Positions 1 through 10,800 of a stretch of DNA of 64,000 nt are shown here, piece after piece. The stretch spans positions 3,562 to 67,561 of the forward strand of contig JAWUWM010000050.1 in NCBI GenBank assembly GCA_034111845.1, read 5' to 3'. Position 1 is the stretch's first letter, and each line of letters begins with the position of its first letter. The notes beneath the pieces were generated by a model, which saw only the letters and a list, made by a program, of their open reading frames with translations, was not told the origin of the DNA and searched no databases. The position numbers and the translations under genes were made by a program. This DNA comes from Psychroserpens sp. (lineage in GTDB: Bacteria; Bacteroidota; Bacteroidia; Flavobacteriales; Flavobacteriaceae).

Positions 1-186
1 CCCTAGCCAATACACCTCATTAAATTGTAAACTAATTAAAAGAGCTAAGGCATGTATACCAATATGAAAATATAGATATTTAGATCGCAGTTTATGCTTG
101 TTCTTATGTTTTATCCAAGTATCTGGTTGCAATAAAAAGTCACCAATGAGATGTGCCAAAATTAGGGCTATAAAAAGTGCTATCAT
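1..186 (-). CDS. DUF3307-type membrane protein, 5' part only (runs off window start)
   Basis: Own translation from ATG 186: MIALFIALILAHLIGDFLLQPDTWIKHK...YLYFHIGIH. Has the HxxGDFxLQ motif. ATGA overlap with the satD stop. Confidence 0.8.
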   Translation of the reverse strand, partial: MIALFIALILAHLIGDFLLQPDTWIKHKNKHKLRSKYLYFHIGIHALALLISLQFNEVYWLG

Positions 187-785
187 ATCGCTTTAGTTTT
201 TGATTCATAGTAAGTGATGAGTGCTTTAAGTTCATCATAGCCACCACGCTTTAAACTTTGACTAATATTACCTTGAGTCGTTTTAAAATGACTGGCTAGT
301 TGTTTTTGGTTTTGTTTAGGATGTGTGAGTGCATATTCAATAAGTTGTGCAGTGATTTGAGTCCAATTATTAAAGGTGAATGATGCTAAATAAAGCATAA
401 GATTAAGTGTCTCATCTAAATCATTATGTTCTGTTTTTATAGCTAATAAGTTCTTTTTTAAGGATTCAAAGCATGTACCAGAGTTTATAAATGCGGTTCC
501 GTTAGATGAAGTAATAGTATCGCTAGTGTATGTTTTATCTCCAATGCCTATAGCTATCCTGAGGTCTAAATTAGCGGTGTGTTTTAAATGAGCTTTAATA
601 ACAACTGCAGCATACAATGCGCGTTGAGATGTTATTTCTAGTTGAAAACTATCACCTCTATAGATTTCCCAATCTTGTGGAGTTGATCCAAAAGAGCCCA
701 AAATAGTTTTAAGATGTGTCATCCAAAGTTGTGGTTGATGCGCTCTGGAGTTTACTACATCTGCTGTGATAATTGCTATTGCCAT
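183..785 (-). CDS. SatD-family protein (C-terminal HTH)
   Basis: IITADVVNSR, YRGDSFQ, RIAIGIG and NGTAF motifs; HTH-like QKQLASHFKTTQGNIS. Likely start is ATG 785, not 833. Confidence 0.8.
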   Translation of the reverse strand: MAIAIITADVVNSRAHQPQLWMTHLKTILGSFGSTPQDWEIYRGDSFQLEITSQRALYAAVVIKAHLKHTANLDLRIAIGIGDKTYTSDTITSSNGTAFINSGTCFESLKKNLLAIKTEHNDLDETLNLMLYLASFTFNNWTQITAQLIEYALTHPKQNQKQLASHFKTTQGNISQSLKRGGYDELKALITYYESKTKAI

Positions 786-824
786 GGTATAAATATATAA
801 TTTTTTCTTCGGAAATGCTAAAAT

Positions 825-898
825 ATAATCCAAATAGCTAATATTTTATAATATCATCTAAATAGATTATAAATTTAATTATTATTTAAATAGATTAT
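825..898. promoter_or_regulatory. Three 18-bp imperfect palindromes at 28-bp period upstream of satD
   Basis: ATAATCCAAATAGCTAAT (825), ATCATCTAAATAGATTAT (853), ATTATTTAAATAGATTAT (881). Consensus arms ATAATCTA/TAGATTAT. Confidence 0.6.
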
Positions 899-1091
899 AA
901 TTAGGTAGGTTGTCTGCTCTGTTTTTCGAAAATCACTTACTAGGTTACTTTTAGTACCAAAAGTAGGACGAAATAGCTCCTATTTGAAGTTGTTGAATTT
1001 CCGAAGTAATAAGACTTAAAATTTTAGGGATACGATTAGTAAATGGATCAATTATAAAATAGTTTTGCAGCACAAATTTAAATGAGAGTAT

Positions 1092-1535
1092 ATGAAGTTT
1101 TTAAAAGAATTTAAAGAGTTTGCGGTTAAAGGTAATATGATGGATATGGCTATTGGTATTATCATAGGAGCTGCCTTTAATAAAGTCATAGATGTGTTGG
1201 TTAAAAAGATCTTTATGCCACCATTATCATTGATGACACATGGACTGGAATTTCAGGATAAGCGCTATATATTAAGAGACGCAGTATACAATGCAAAAGG
1301 CGAAGCAACAATAAAGGAAGTCGCTATAGAATACGGGGTATTAGTTGAAACGTTTCTAGATTTTATAATTGTTGGATTCACCATTTTTCTAGTCGTAAAA
1401 GCGATGAATAGACTTAAAGAGAAAGCACAAGATCCCAAAAATGTGGTTGTAAAAACACCTAAGGATATCGAGCTGTTGTCTCAACTCACGGAGTTGATGG
1501 CAGAGCAAAATGCATTGTTGAAAAGTAAAGTGTAG
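1092..1535 (+). CDS. mscL: Large-conductance mechanosensitive channel
   Basis: FKEFAVKGNMMDMAIGIIIGAAF N-terminal signature. Confidence 0.95.
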   Translation: MKFLKEFKEFAVKGNMMDMAIGIIIGAAFNKVIDVLVKKIFMPPLSLMTHGLEFQDKRYILRDAVYNAKGEATIKEVAIEYGVLVETFLDFIIVGFTIFLVVKAMNRLKEKAQDPKNVVVKTPKDIELLSQLTELMAEQNALLKSKV

Positions 1536-1581
1536 TATTCTGTAACTGTATTATTGCGAGCAGAGCGAAGTAATAACCTTT

Positions 1582-1975
1582 CTAAAGCGCAATAACATTC
1601 CATATAAACAAGCCGGTCCAAAGCACAACTCTAATCCAATTTCGAGCTACTAACAACTCTAAGGTTTTGTCTGTAACAGAATTTGTACTTATCTGTTGAT
1701 GTAGCGGCACAAACTGTAAAAAGGTAGAAATCCATAAAGTAACAATGACGAGCATTCCGCAGATTGAAAAAACGTTCTGCTCTTGAAACACTGGAATCGT
1801 ATAAGTAATCAATTGCCCAAACATTAAAGGCATCACAATCAAAGCCATATTGGGCGTATAGCGACTATGCCATTTAAGAGGTGCAGTAGGAGGGTAGTGC
1901 TTAAAGTTAGGATAGACAGGTATTTAGGATGACGAGTCCAAAATCTATAAGTACTCTAGGTCGTTCTAAGTCCAT
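1582..1975 (-). pseudogene. Frameshifted small membrane protein
   Basis: ATG 1975 gives MDLERPRVLIDFGLVIL. The continuation PVYPNFKHY...KWHSRYTPNMALIVMPLMFGQL lies in another frame (junction near 1920). Confidence 0.55.
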
Positions 1976-2387
1976 AATCATCACTACTCACTTTTTTCCA
2001 AACGTGCTCGCTATTGAGTTTAAAACTTCCTATAAAATCGAAGTTACAATCGTTAGGTGCAATAATGGATAAGAAGGGTTGTTCTTTTTTATCTCGATAG
2101 AGGTGGTAAGGTTCACCTATAATAGGCTCAAAATTATAGCGTGCGTTATAAACGAGGTTGTTATATTCTAACTCTTCCATCATTTTATCGTAAGCAGCTT
2201 TAAGCTCTAAATATTTTGATTTAATTTGTTTGTTTGCTTTGAGGATGTTTCTGTTTTTCCAGGTGGAATTGTCAGAAATTTTTATAGCAGGAGCACCAAC
2301 ATTAGTTGCATAGGGTTTTAGCGCAGCATCATAGCGCTGCGTATCTTCATTAAATACAATCTGATCTGGTTTTTTGTCTTGAGACAT
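1956..2387 (-). CDS. DUF2452-like conserved protein
   Basis: LKPYATNVGAPAI, FEPIIGEPYHLY and FLSIIAP motifs. Start probably MSQDKK at 2387. Confidence 0.7.
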   Translation of the reverse strand: MSQDKKPDQIVFNEDTQRYDAALKPYATNVGAPAIKISDNSTWKNRNILKANKQIKSKYLELKAAYDKMMEELEYNNLVYNARYNFEPIIGEPYHLYRDKKEQPFLSIIAPNDCNFDFIGSFKLNSEHVWKKVSSDDYGLRTT

Positions 2388-2491
2388 AGAAGTGCTTTTG
2401 TTTTGCAAAGATAATGTTCAATTATTTCTCATAGAAGTTAATAGCACGTTAATTTTTTTACTAACTTTAAGAACTAACTAATGTAATTCAC

Positions 2492-2677
2492 ATGAATTTT
2501 ATAAAAAAAACAGGATTATCGAATGTCTTTTTGCTTGCATTGTGTGCTGCAATTATTGGTGTCGCTGAGTATTTGTTTCTAAGAGGCGATGAGTTACATG
2601 CTATATTTATCGGTCTTTGAGCACCAACATTACTTTTAGTAGTCATCTTCATAAAACAAATCAAGTATGGACGCTAA
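2492..2677 (+). pseudogene. Small 2-TM membrane protein with an in-frame TGA at 2618
   Basis: MNFIKKTGLSNVFLLALCAAIIGVAEYLFLRGDELHAIFIGL*APTLLLVVIFIKQIKYGR. The stop falls where Trp (IGLWAP) would fit. Confidence 0.55.
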
Positions 2678-2777
2678 CGCTATTGTATTATACTTCTCGG
2701 TATTTGTATCTCTATGTATTGTTATATGGGCAATTTGGATTATTCGCGCCTATGATAAAATAGTTAGGGATAAATAA
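2667..2777 (+). CDS. 36-aa single-TM peptide
   Basis: MDANAIVLYFSVFVSLCIVIWAIWIIRAYDKIVRDK; overlaps the end of the preceding ORF. Confidence 0.5.
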   Translation: MDANAIVLYFSVFVSLCIVIWAIWIIRAYDKIVRDK

Positions 2778-2834
2778 TTCTAAAGTTATTACGAGGAGTT
2801 TCAGTGGCAATCTAGCAAAGAAGTAATCTACTAA

Positions 2835-2981
2835 TTATTCACTCTTGGCCTTCTTTATAATTGCCCTCAAACGTTCTTTACGCAAGTCGGCTTCTTGTTT
2901 GAGTTTGTTCTTCTTTTGACCCATGAGCTTTGAGTGCTTGGATTTGTTGTTTCCGTTTTTTTGTCCTTTTGGCTTTGGCAT
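2835..2981 (-). CDS. 48-aa highly basic small protein
   Basis: MPKPKGQKNGNNKSKHSKLMGQKKNKLKQEADLRKERLRAIIKKAKSE. TATATTTG-like element just upstream on the minus strand. Confidence 0.6.
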   Translation of the reverse strand: MPKPKGQKNGNNKSKHSKLMGQKKNKLKQEADLRKERLRAIIKKAKSE

Positions 2982-3117
2982 GAGGCAAATATAATAAGAA
3001 TTTGAGAAGCGTGTTGAGATTTGTTCTTTTGACGGGTTTAGATTAGTTTGGTTAGCATATAACGACCATTTTTAGATACTCGCATAAAAAAACAATGAAT
3101 TTCAATACATCTATAAG

Positions 3118-3611
3118 AGGATCGATAAGGCTTTATATTTTTTTAACCAATACGCTTGAGACACAACTTCAGCAGCACACAAATACTACAGTATCTACGA
3201 TAAACTTAGGTCAAAGGTTCTGTTGATATAACAACACCTTTAGTTGTTTCAGTGGTGTCTCTATTGAAGATGAACAAACAGTCAAGAGTGCAACGTTCGC
3301 TACAAATAGAAATACTAAAAGAAGCTGCACAATCCACTAATCATGTTAATGTGTACATTATAGTTGCGACAAATTCTAGTGCAGCGTATCAAGAGGGTTT
3401 AGGATTATTATCTACTGCACGTTTATTTATATATAATAACCCTATTTTTTCATCAAATTCTCAACAGCTATCAGAAGGCTTAGAAAAAATGACTTTAGTG
3501 TCGTATAATCGGCCTTTAGAAGTACAGAGTCAACTTTGGCGAAGTTTGGGTACGTTTTACCAGCCTAGTTTGGTGTATAAGGTGCATTTGATTTTTGGAG
3601 TACAAAAGTGA
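3118..3611 (+). pseudogene. Degraded DUF4255/Pvc16-like protein
   Basis: C-terminal QLWRSLGTFYQPSLVYKV motif. Upstream (AGG)ATCGATAAGGCTTTA reads xIDKAL with a lost start and downstream stops. Confidence 0.55.
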
Positions 3612-3768
3612 GTGATTTGTAGTAAAATTAATTAGATAGGTTGTTGGTGCTTACTTGATTGTTTGCGTTTTTTTTTTTTTTTTCTCCTTTTGTTTTTAGT
3701 ATTGGTTGTGATTTATGAAAACATCTAATCATTCATAAAACAGAACATCTTAAACATTAGCTAAACAG

Positions 3769-4440
3769 CTAAACAAAACTCTTAGCTCGAAACTCTTTCA
3801 ATTTCTCAAACGTAATCTCTTCAAAATCTGCCACTATCAAATCAGCTTCCGAGTAATCCTGATTGGTATCATTTAAACTATTATATCCTACACAATAAAT
3901 GCCAGCAGCTTTTGCAGCAGTTATTCCGTTGGTTGAATCTTCAATAATGAAACATTCTTCTGGCGAATGGCCAGATAATTCCGCAGCCTTAATAAATATT
4001 TCAGGATGAGGCTTAGAGGCTTTTAAGTCGGCACCACTAATTTTAGCAGTGAAGTATTGGTCTAAATCAAAACGCTTAAAAATACGATTGATATTTTTCA
4101 TAGATGCCGAAGAGGCGAGGACCAAAGTCATACCTTGAGCATGATAATCTTTGATACGCTCTAAAACACCATCAAGTAACTGAAGGGATGTATCACTTTT
4201 AAATAGGGCTTTGAAGTGCTTACGTTTAATATCGGTTAACGTTTGGGCACACACCGGTAAATTAAAGTGTGAGATGAGTTGATTGCAAATGTTCATTGTC
4301 GATTGACCTGTAAAAGAAGCGTAGAGTGCATCTGACACATCGATGTTGATATCGTTAAACATGAGATAATAAGCTTTGTGATGAAGAGGCTCAGTATCTA
4401 CAATGACACCGTCCATATCAAATAATACAGCATTAAACAT
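3769..4440 (-). CDS. HAD-family phosphatase (beta-PGM/CbbY-like)
   Basis: FDMDGVIVDTE, KPHPEIF, EDSTNG. Confidence 0.9.
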   Translation of the reverse strand: MFNAVLFDMDGVIVDTEPLHHKAYYLMFNDINIDVSDALYASFTGQSTMNICNQLISHFNLPVCAQTLTDIKRKHFKALFKSDTSLQLLDGVLERIKDYHAQGMTLVLASSASMKNINRIFKRFDLDQYFTAKISGADLKASKPHPEIFIKAAELSGHSPEECFIIEDSTNGITAAKAAGIYCVGYNSLNDTNQDYSEADLIVADFEEITFEKLKEFRAKSFV

Positions 4441-4864
4441 TTAGTTGGGTTGAATTAATTAGCATTACGAATATATGTAATTAGGTGTTGATTATCGATA
4501 GGTTTGGTGGGGAAATCAGTTGAGTATTAGTTGATGTGCAAAAATATTCGATAAAATGTTCTTTTCGTTTTTGTTTATTTTTTTTTTTTATTTAAAATCC
4601 AATTTCCCACAATTTATTTCCTGTGATTCTTATGTTTTATAGTTGGTAATTCTTACAATAGATGCTTGAAAACTAAAGATTAAAGTTTTATTTGGTGTTT
4701 TGTCGAGTAATTTTTTAGAAATCTTAACGGTGAGTTACATTTGATTTTCCCTAATGATTACTAGTACCAGTTAATAACAGAATTTATATTTTTAGTGGCT
4801 TACCGTTTTTTTTAGTTGAAGCCTTCTAAAACGATGTTTAACATGTTTTTAAAAGATATTAGTA

Positions 4865-7800
4865 ATGAGTGGATTACGTATAGTTTTGTGCTTTTTGATG
4901 TTTTCTTTCTTCGGAAATGTAACCTCAAACGCACTTTCAGGAATTAGTAAGAGTGATATTATTTTAAATAACGAATCAGGATGTACTTATCATGATTTGC
5001 GCGCTTCAATTGGAAGTGCTGATTTTGATACTGATAATTTATTAGGTTTCAGTTTTAATGATTCTTTTGTCTTAAATGGCACTCAAAATAAAATTCATGA
5101 GACACCTTACTCAAGCAATACTGCGACCCTTAGAGCTATTGACAATTGTCCTACTTCGTTTTCTGTAAATAATGATGCAGGAACTTGTGGTGCAGTAGTT
5201 AATTTTACTCTCGCCCAAACACCAACTTCAGACGATATTAATAACAGTATGGAGCCGATATCTAGCCTATTTGATGGCGATACGTTTCCTATTGGAACTA
5301 CTACGGTTGTTTATGAAGAGCGCGATGCCTCTAATACAGCTACTGGAGAGTTTTGTAGTTTTGATGTCACGGTTGTCGATAATGAAAATCCAACAGCTTC
5401 TAACCTAGGAGCAGTAAACGTACAGTGTATAGGAGATGTGGTAGCAGCAAACATATTAGATGTTACAACAGAAGCAGATAACTGTGGTATTCCTGTAGTT
5501 GCTTATGTTGGTGATGTATCTGATGGAAACTTTAATCCAGAAGAAATTACAAGAACCTATAGTGTAACTGATGCTAGTGGAAACACGATTAACGTTACTC
5601 AAATCATTACAATTGAAGATACGACGCTTCCAACAGCTTCTAACCTAGGAGCAGTAAACGTACAGTGTATAGGAGATGTGGTAGCAGCAAACATATTAGA
5701 TGTTACAACAGAAGCAGATAACTGTGGTGTTCCTGTAGTTGCTCATGTTGGTGATGTATCTGATGGAAACTTTAATCCAGAAGAAATTACAAGAACCTAT
5801 AGTGTAACTGATGCTAGTGGAAACACGATTAACGTTACTCAAATCATTACAATTGAAGATACTATAGATCCTACAGTTGTTTGCCAAGACATCACTATTC
5901 AATTAGATGCTGCTGGTAATGCATCAATTGTAGCTTCTGATATAGACAATGGATCTGCTGATACTTGTACAGCTGTAACGCTTTCTGCTTCTCAGACTGC
6001 TTTTACCTGTGCAAACATTGGAACTAATAACGTAACACTTACCGTTACAGATGCTGCTGGTAATGATGCTACTTGTGTTGCCGTGGTAACTGTTGAAGAT
6101 AATATTGATCCAACGCCAGATGTAGCAAACTTACCAAATGTAACTGGTGAATGCGAAGTCACTACATTAACTCCGCCAACAGCCACAGATAATTGTGGAG
6201 GCACAATTACGGTAACCAACAATGCAAGTTTACCAATTTCAGGAGAAGGCACAACAACGATTTTAACTTGGACCTATGATGATGGTAATGGAAACATAAG
6301 TACACAAACTCAGAATGTAATTATTGATGATATTTCTGGTCCAGTTGCTCCAACGTTGTCAGTTATAACAGGACATTGTAGTGCTACAGTTCCAGTCCCC
6401 ACAACTACAGATGGATGCTCAGGAAGTATTACAGGAACAACATCAGATCCTTTAAACTATAATTCACAAGGTTCTTATGCGGTTACATGGAATTTTGATG
6501 ACGGAAATGGGAATTCTATTAATGTTGTTCAGAATATTGTAATTAACGATACAGTTGATCCAATTGCAGTTTGTCAAGATATAACGATTCAACTTGATGA
6601 TATCACAGGTTTAGCGACCATTACAGATGCTCAAATAGATAATGGTTCTTCAGATAATTGTGGTGTCGTTAATTTTACGTTATCACAAATGGAGTTTGAT
6701 TGTACTAATATTGGTTCAAATGTAATCGTATTAACTATTGATGATGGCAACGGAAATACAAATACGTGTACTTCTACAGTAACAGTAATAAGTCCAAATA
6801 TTACAGGAGGAACAGTCTTAGGGTTTTTAAATAATAATCAAACCATTGCAGATGAAAGTAACTTAGTAGAAGTTACTGCTTGTCCAGATGAGCCACAAAA
6901 TGGAGTTTTTAATTTATATGGACAAACAGGTAATGTTGTGTTTTGGGAATCATCTAATGATGGTGGTGTGACTTGGACAACTATTGCCAACACAACATCG
7001 TCATATTTTTACGCAGATATTCTTGAAACGACTTTGGTTAGAGCTGTTATTCAAATTGGTTCTTGCCAGGCAAATTCTTCAATAATTATTGTAGCAGTTA
7101 TTCCTCCTGACATTCCGCCAACGATTATTGGTCCAGATGAATTTACAATCTGTTTAGGAGAAGATATTACAGTAGAAGCTGAAAGTTCTTTTGGAATCAA
7201 TATTGATTTAGAAGAAGGGGGCACTTTTAACACTGCTAATCTTAATAATTTAGGATGGTTAGTAGATGGTACTGCTAGTTTCTCTGCTGGAGGAAATTCT
7301 ACTGATGCGACAAAATGGAAAGGTACTAATGGACCTAAGCAATTTGGTGGACAATGTTATAATACAACTGATGGTAAATTCGCCATAGCCTATGGTGTTA
7401 ATTATGAAACTACTTTAGAAACACCAATATTTAATACATTAGGATTATCAACAGCAACTTTAGAGTTTGATCAGGCATTTTATTTAAATGCAGGAGCGTC
7501 CTGTAAAGTTGAGCTATCTTTAGATGGAGGTATCACATATCCAATAATATTAGATCCTGGTCCAACCTATAATTATACAGGGCCAAGTGATTCAGGTTTT
7601 GTTATACAAAATATGCAGGGTAATAGTTGCGATAATGTGCCTTCCTCTTTTATAGATAATCATGTTTCTATGGATTTGCAAAATTATATCGGTCTTGTGG
7701 GTTTAAGGGTTAAATTTAGTTTAGATAGTAATCCAGGAAGTACTTGGGCATTAGAAAATATTATAATACCACAAGCTCCTGTTGATGAGATTATAGAATG

Positions 7801-10800
7801 GACAGATGGCACAGGAACAGTGGTTACCACAGGTTCAATAACTACGATTACACCTGTGACCCCTGGCGCACAAACATTTGGTGTAACGTCTTTAATTAAT
7901 GGTTGCAGAGCAGATGGTAATGAAGGTACTGAGTTTATATCTGTGAATGCTAGTTTGGCATATGCTGGAAGAAATATTACACCTATTACTGGAGAATGTG
8001 GACAAGACATCGTGAGTTTGAATGCTTATGATAATACATTAACTGCTGCTCAAAATATTGTCAATGGTGCTTATGATAATAATTATACTACTGGAACTTA
8101 TCCAGGAACAGGAGAAGCTGGTGTGTGGAATGTAGTTGCATCGCCTACAGGTTGTGGGAGTTCATTTTCATTTTCTAATCTTGGAGATCCAAGCGCAACG
8201 TTTTCAGGAGATCCTGGCACTTACACCTTATCTTGGACAGTTGATGGATGTGTAGGCACTGTCGATGTGACTTTAGATAGCTGTCAGAGTTTAGATTTTG
8301 ATGGTACAAACGATCATGTAGTTTTTGATAACAACTATAGTTTGTCTGGAGACTTTAGTGTATCGATTTGGGTGAAACCAGAATCTATTGGCGGTCAACA
8401 AACTATACTATCTAAAAGAGACCCTAATGCTATTGACACGGGTTATGATTTAAAAATCAATAATTCAGGACGATTAATTTTTAGTTATGACACTAGCAGT
8501 ATAAACTCGGGTTCTCACAATTTGAGTGATGACAGATGGTATTATATAACTATTGTTCATACTAATACTAGTTATGCTTTATATGTTGATGGTATTCAGC
8601 TTAATACAGCTAATGGTTCTGCTCCATCCGTCAATACTTCAGATTGTATTCTAGGAGCTACTGAAAGAACTAATGGAAAGAATAGATTCTTTAATGGATG
8701 GATAGATGAATTACGTATTTGGAACAAAGCACTCGATGTTAGTCAGTTGCGGGAAACAATGAATCAAGAAATTGAGGATAATATTGCGGTTCGAGGTGTT
8801 ACAGTACCAATAGATATTTCAGGTTTAGCTTGGGCAGATTTAGAGGGTTATTACCGTATGGATGTGAATTGCGGATTTTTAACAGCCTACAAAGGTATAA
8901 GAGGTCGATTAAGAAATATCAATTCTGCGCAGCAAGAAACTGCACCTATACCATATACATCAAGAGTAGATGGTCAAGATTGGGCTACGGATGATACATG
9001 GACACATTTTAGTGTTTGGGACGCTCCAAATAGCTTAGGAATTGATGGATTAACTCCTATTGATTGGAATATAGTTCAAACATCACATAATATCAACTCT
9101 GGCGATAAAGACATTACAGTATTAGGATTATTAGTAGATTCTAATGAGTTAAGTATTCAAGATCCAACTGCACCGTATAATGAAACAAATGTTGGTCAAA
9201 TGCTTTGGGTGACTCATTATTTAAAATTGGATGGAATAATCGATTTGGTTGGTGAATCTCAACTCGTTCAGAAGCGTTATGGTTACTATGATCATGATTT
9301 GAATCCAACTACAGCAGAAATATCTAACCAATTTAACGAGAGTATTTTAGATGTGACGAGTTCTGGTGTATTAGAGCGTGACCAACAAGGAACAACCAAC
9401 CTTTATAATTATAACTATTGGAGTTCACCAGTTAGTGCTTCTAGTACTACATCAAATAATAATCCATTTGGTATTGCTTCAGTACTAAGAGATGGTACAA
9501 CTTCTTTAACACCTTTAACTTTACAATGGACCACCGCTCAAGATGCGATTGGCAGTACATCACCAATTACACAAAGTAGTAGATGGCTATATGCTTATGA
9601 AAATTACCCTGTAGGCTCAACAATAGAAGAGGGTTATGCACAATGGCGAGATTTAGCAGAAACAGATGTTTTAGCAACTGGATTGAGTTTCACTTTGAAA
9701 GGAAGCGGAGCAGGAGACCCTGTCTTAGATGTTCAAAACTATGTCTTTGTGGGTAAGCCAAATAATGCAACAATCACAACACCTGTAACTATAGGAAACC
9801 AAGCATTCGTTGGTAATCCATATCCTTCTGCAATTGATGCAGATCAATTTATTAGAGATAACCTTCCCGGAGCTTCAGGTAATCCTGGTTCTACACAAAG
9901 TACTGACGGGACATTATACTTTTGGGAGCATTATACCTCTAATTTTACTCATGTACTTGAGGATTATGAGGGTGGTTATGCAACTTATAATTTGGCTGGT
10001 GGTAATCCTGCAGTCTCACCACCATTAATTAGTGGTAATGGAACTTCTACTAAGCTGCCAGGGCAGTACATACCTATTTCACAGGGTTTCTTTGTAACCG
10101 CAAGTAATACTGGGGGAGGTATTCAATTTAAAAATAGTCAACGTGTATTTGCAAGAGAAACAGAAGCAAGTTCACAATTCATTAGGTCTAGTAATCCTAA
10201 TATGTATACCTCACAACAAGATCCTAATCCAGCAATAAAAAGAGTCCGCTTAGATTTTATAACACAAGAAGGTGCAATACGTCCTCTTTTATTGGCATTT
10301 GTTTCTAACGATCAAGCTAGTGACGGATTTGATTTTGGCTACGATGCGGAAAATGCAGATGCAGAATTTTCTAATGATATGTTTTGGAGAATTGAAGATT
10401 TAAATTATACAGTCCAGGGTGTTGGAGATTTTGATGAAACCAAACAGTATCCATTAGGACTATTCTTAAACGCGACAGGTTCAATTGAAATTGCACTTAA
10501 AGGTTTAGAGAATTTCGATGAAGAGATCAATGTTTATATCTTTGATGCATTAATGGATAACTATTTTGATATTAATGATGCCAATTTTGAAATGATGCTA
10601 GATGCAGACAATTATTTGGATCGTTTTTATGTTGCATTTTCTTCGGAAGATTTCCTGTCTATAGAAGAAGAAGTCTCTAGTCAAACGATTATTAATTATT
10701 TAAATACTTCAAAAGAGCTGTATATCAAAATACCACAAATTTCCGAAGTAAAATCTATTCAATTGATGAATTTATTAGGTCAGGACATTCAAACTTGGAA

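Noticed and set aside
2618-2620. In-frame TGA at a Trp-like position suggesting stop-codon recoding
   Set aside because: Intact genes here end in TGA (e.g. 10930, 11875) and other pseudogenes are broken by TAG, TAA and frameshifts, so ordinary nonsense mutation is simpler.
3668-4589. Poly-T tracts (T16 at 3668-3683, T12 at 4578-4589) as phase-variation switches
   Set aside because: Intergenic in very AT-rich DNA, and not demonstrably between promoter elements.
5696-10028. Short ORFs inside the large T9SS gene (5696, 5992, 7051, 7684, 9810)
   Set aside because: Antisense or off-frame shadows of a well-supported CDS, with no motifs. The same applies to the short ORFs overlapping other genes (e.g. 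13914, 16085, 28789, 47231, 47996, 62567, 63376).
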